A stretch of 64,000 nt of DNA from Tubiluchus corallicola (taxonomy: Eukaryota > Animalia > Priapulida). This document shows, one piece after another, positions 60,701-64,000 of this stretch; position 1 is the stretch's first letter; every line of letters starts with the position of its first letter. The stretch spans positions 1-64,000 of the forward strand of contig JAQGDQ010000565.1 in assembly GCA_030141605.1 (NCBI GenBank), written 5' to 3'. The notes beneath the pieces are model-generated. The model did no database searches. It saw only the letters and a program-made list of their open reading frames with translations, and was not told where the DNA came from. Position numbers and translations under genes: made by a program.

Positions 60701-61299
60701 ACAACTTCCATCAGGGAAGAAAAGGAAATGTTAAACTATGTCCCAAAAAACTTTCCATGAAAAGTTATATTACTTAGCATTCCGCTTACCTGTTGCAAAG
60801 ACTTAGGTAACTAGAAAAGAAAATTATTGATTATTCAAAATGTTTTCGCAAGTTGGTAAAATGTCGTTGACTCACCTCCAGGGTGCACCACTAACTAATC
60901 AAAAAACCGCATTTTTAATCTTATTGACAAGATACAGTAATTTAAAATTTTACTTAGTTAGTAACGTGTCTGCTACGAATTGTCTGATTATTTTCTCAAA
61001 CTTTATTCAGAGTTAATTATACTTGTTTCAAATGACTTATCATCAAAATGGCTGCGTCTAACGGTCATCGCGGGAGTTTAAATTTAGAAGTTTTTAAAAA
61101 TTCTCAAGCATCTTGAGAACTGGGACAATATGATCACATTTTGATAGCTTTGAAATGGTTTGGGCTGCCATTATATTATTATTAACGCTTACTTTCACTT
61201 ACCAAAATGTGATGCTATTATAAACAGTCCGATAACCATCGTGCCCATAAGACCATAAAAATTGGCTCTCCATAGAAAGATTAGCCGTCTTTTGTTCAT
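56950..61299 (-). CDS. POMK: Divergent protein O-mannose kinase (POMK/SGK196)-like type II membrane kinase, 4 coding exons, about 401 aa
   Basis: Exons (minus strand) 61299-61203, 60170-60027, 58221-58040, 57732-56950; GT-AG introns with phases 1, 1, 0; 1206 nt total. N-terminal anchor, then CRRGYFSLANMTKCHKLLRCEEI...GRVKN|FYKAEW, LAGFC, RLRMCIDYV, IAD, SQYLITNDLRIILSDLDDL, FLAPE, DIWKVP, RP. These parallel recalled human POMK motifs [67 protein letters not shown]. Confidence 0.8.
58040..58221 (-). CDS. POMK: POMK-like exon 3 (Cys-rich stem, beta1-beta2 region with VK lysine)
   Basis: tatttttAG; KVHCSWSYVANATECFFLCRRGYFSLANMTKCHKLLRCEEIHQLMETKTKLKTSLGRVKN; AAC|GTAAGT. Confidence 0.85.
59570..59820 (+). 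mobile_element. LINE RT relic
   Basis: gtgccacagggatctcttctaggaccatcccttttt encodes VPQGSLLGPSLF; locally duplicated. Confidence 0.45.
60027..60170 (-). CDS. POMK: POMK-like exon 2 (stem); 3' boundary uncertain
   Basis: ttatttcAG; DSLARQHGVTNAAIYKAAKLDCSNATCQKSVTETSYIKPPRSLVSDRA; CAG|GTAGGA; symmetric phase 1. Confidence 0.6.
61203..61299 (-). CDS. POMK: POMK-like first coding exon (signal anchor)
   Basis: MNKRRLIFLWRANFYGLMGTMVIGLFIIASHF; donor G|GTAAGT; an acceptor (cctttgtAG) 6 nt upstream of the ATG implies a further 5' UTR exon. Confidence 0.72.
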
Positions 61300-61769
61300 C
61301 AAAGTCTACAAAGGAAGGTATTTATCCGACCAGAACCAAAAGCAACACAGGAAAGAAATCAACAAAGACACAAGAAACATACAGCACATTCATGTTTTCA
61401 TGTTTGCTAATCAGAAATTGGACCTTTTTCCGATCAAATGATTCAAGTAACTAGCCTTCCGTGACATTCGTGACAAAATTCATTATTTAAGTGATTTTTA
61501 TCTAGTAAAGTATAAAGAGTTTCGCTGGTGTACTTATAATGTGATTTACATGAATTCTGAGTGGACTTTTAAGGGCGCCCGTAAAAAAAAACTCCAATTT
61601 AAAAACTTAAAGGTGACTAATAGTGATCTCCATTACTAAATTCATTACTAATGAGCACTAATCTTTATCCAGTAAAGAGAAAAAAATTATGTCCTCCTGT
61701 ATGAAGGATCAAAGCTCCATTGATGCGCTCGTAATGTGATTTTAATTGATTTAGAGACGCCCTCTAGTA

Positions 61770-61908
61770 ATATGACATTATATAAAATAGTAAATACATA
61801 CATACATACATACATATATATATATGACATTATATACAATAGTAAATACATACTCATATATATATATATATATGACATCATATACAATAGTAAATACGTA
61901 CATACATA

Positions 61909-61942
<34 letters not shown>

Positions 61943-61980
61943 TATGACATTATATACAATAGTAAATACATACACACACA

Positions 61981-62011
<31 letters not shown>

Positions 62012-62046
62012 GCACGCACACACACACACACGCACGCACACACACG

Positions 62047-62078
<32 letters not shown>

Positions 62079-62144
62079 CATATACACTAGTAAATACATA
62101 GATACACACACACGCACGCACGCACGCACGCACGCACACACACG

Positions 62145-62188
<44 letters not shown>

Positions 62189-62229
62189 CACACATATATA
62201 TATATACATATACACTAGTAAATACATAG

Positions 62230-62284
<55 letters not shown>

Positions 62285-62335
62285 ACATTATATACAATAG
62301 TAAATACATACATATATATATATGTATGTATATAC
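61770..62335. repeat. Compound (TA)n/(CA)n/(CACG)n array with recurring gacattatatacaatagtaaatac spacer
   Basis: Direct reading. Confidence 0.9.
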
Positions 62336-63594
62336 TACAAATAACCTAATGTATATAAATTAATGTAAGCATTGTAATTTTACTAAGATTTTTAAATATA
62401 CCGTAATTGCCACATATAAACACCGATCTATATATGTATATAAAAACTTATAAAACTGTTTTTATATGTTTTGGTAAAATTCAACAAGTTTATTTAAAAT
62501 GCAAATAAGTCGACGTACCAAAACACGAATAGATAATTTTTAGCATTGTAATACGAATGGAATGGAATGTAATATCTTGCCTTTAACTATGCGAAAGTAA
62601 TAAATTATTGCATTTTAATTAAAAACTTTTCGCAAGCAGCTTAGCAGATGTTAAGAACCTTGGCTTTGAGCACTGCAGTAACAAGGAAAACGTCACTTAC
62701 TTTTCGGTTTGTAAATCCAGCTGCTTAATACATCCATTCAGTTTCATGTCAAAGTTGAATTTACTAGGTACGTATACTGAGGTTGAATTAGTTACATGAA
62801 CTTCTTGGCCTGGGGTCACTAAACTTGCACAGTGATAATTATCTTTTAAGATTCACTAGTTTGGATAAAAGTATTAAGTTGTAACTGCGATAAGACTAGA
62901 GACAGAATCCATGTTGATGACCTTGCTTTAGGGTGATTCTTTCTGAACACCTCATAAAATTGCGAGATCAATCAAACTTCGATCTCTGATTATCAGAGAG
63001 TTACCGAAACTTGATCACGTGTTGTTGAAAACCGATGATTTAATAATAAAAAGACTAGCAAAGGCCCCGCAAAAGATTTTGCGCATAAATACACTTATAA
63101 TATAAAATACGCGAACATCCTACATAGTCCTCGTTTACACGTTTTACACGACAAATGTAGACACAGGAAAATTCAAATGTCACTTAGGTAAGTCAAATGT
63201 AGACATGTCGATGAAAAGATTAAACCAAATTCAAATTGTATTTTATGGCCATGGTGCTATCGGCAGCATCAATTTTTATTATATTTAATTAATTTGCAAC
63301 TATTTGTATGGACGTTAATACATTTTCCAAATGTAACGAAAATTTTTATTTGATAAGAACACTTGAAAGTGTTGTACATGAATAAGTTAACAATTATACA
63401 ATTATTAATATATACACCATTCTACATTTTATTTGTCAACGTTTTACAAAAAGATTTTTTTGAATGATTAATGAAATCTGCAAAATTAAACTTGTAATCA
63501 ATGCTCAAGAGCAGCATTTTAAATATATACTACCGCTGACTCATGAACAATAAATAAACAACAAACATGAACAAAAATTTGATATGAACAAGAT

Positions 63595-64000
63595 TTACAT
63601 CAGAATATCATCGTAGGTTAAGCAGCGTGGTACATACTGCTGCATATGCCGAAAATAATTGGCTGCATCTGCGGGCGTTATGATATTCACAGACTGTTCT
63701 GCTAACTGAGCTAATGTTGCCATTCTCTTACCGTGATTTTGCACTAGCAGATTTTCTCTCATATCTGCAAGAAGACGCTTCGTTTCAGCCTTCCACTGAC
63801 TGAATACGTTCTCGACAATATTTAAAAAGGGAGAATCAGGAGGAAGCCTCTTAATTTGAATTGGTAGGCGCAAATCTGGCTGCAAGGCTGCTCCTCTGTG
63901 AGCAGGTGCATTGTCAAAAACGAAAAATTTTCTCCCGACCATCGTCATGCAGGTTATCTGTTGCGTCTTGAAGAAATGCATTAAAACGTTCTCTGTTCAT
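63595..64000 (-). mobile_element. Tc1/IS630-like DDE transposase 3' half, frameshifted, continuing beyond the window
   Basis: VFDNAPAH...LPPDSPFLNIVENVFSQWK. The upstream frame MNRERFNAFLQDATDNLHDDGREKI joins it only if one T is removed from the run at about 63923-63927. Confidence 0.8.

Overview
AT-rich, repeat-dense eukaryotic genomic DNA, most likely an invertebrate animal; nothing here looks prokaryotic and there is no CRISPR array. Two spliced genes can be reconstructed by hand. (1) A 12-coding-exon EFCAB14-like type II membrane/coiled-coil gene on the + strand (8030-41357, about 582 aa) with no recognisable EF-hand. (2) A 4-coding-exon, divergent POMK/SGK196-like secretory-pathway kinase on the - strand (61299-56950, about 401 aa). 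There is also an orphan transmembrane exon at 826-992 whose splice phases match EFCAB14 exon 2, and a candidate promoter with a tiny first exon at about 48.5-48.8 kb. The rest is minisatellites, microsatellites, several MITE families (TTAA-, TA- and 8-bp-TSD types), decayed LINE and Tc1/mariner fragments, and a 5S-rRNA-headed SINE-like insert. The most unusual observations are tandem duplications that amplify or create exon 5' splice sites at three places, the possible swappable N-terminal anchor of EFCAB14, the remodelled POMK active-site region and a perfect 55-bp palindrome. Homology calls come from my recall of the human proteins, not from a database search. I found no clear-cut novel multi-gene system.
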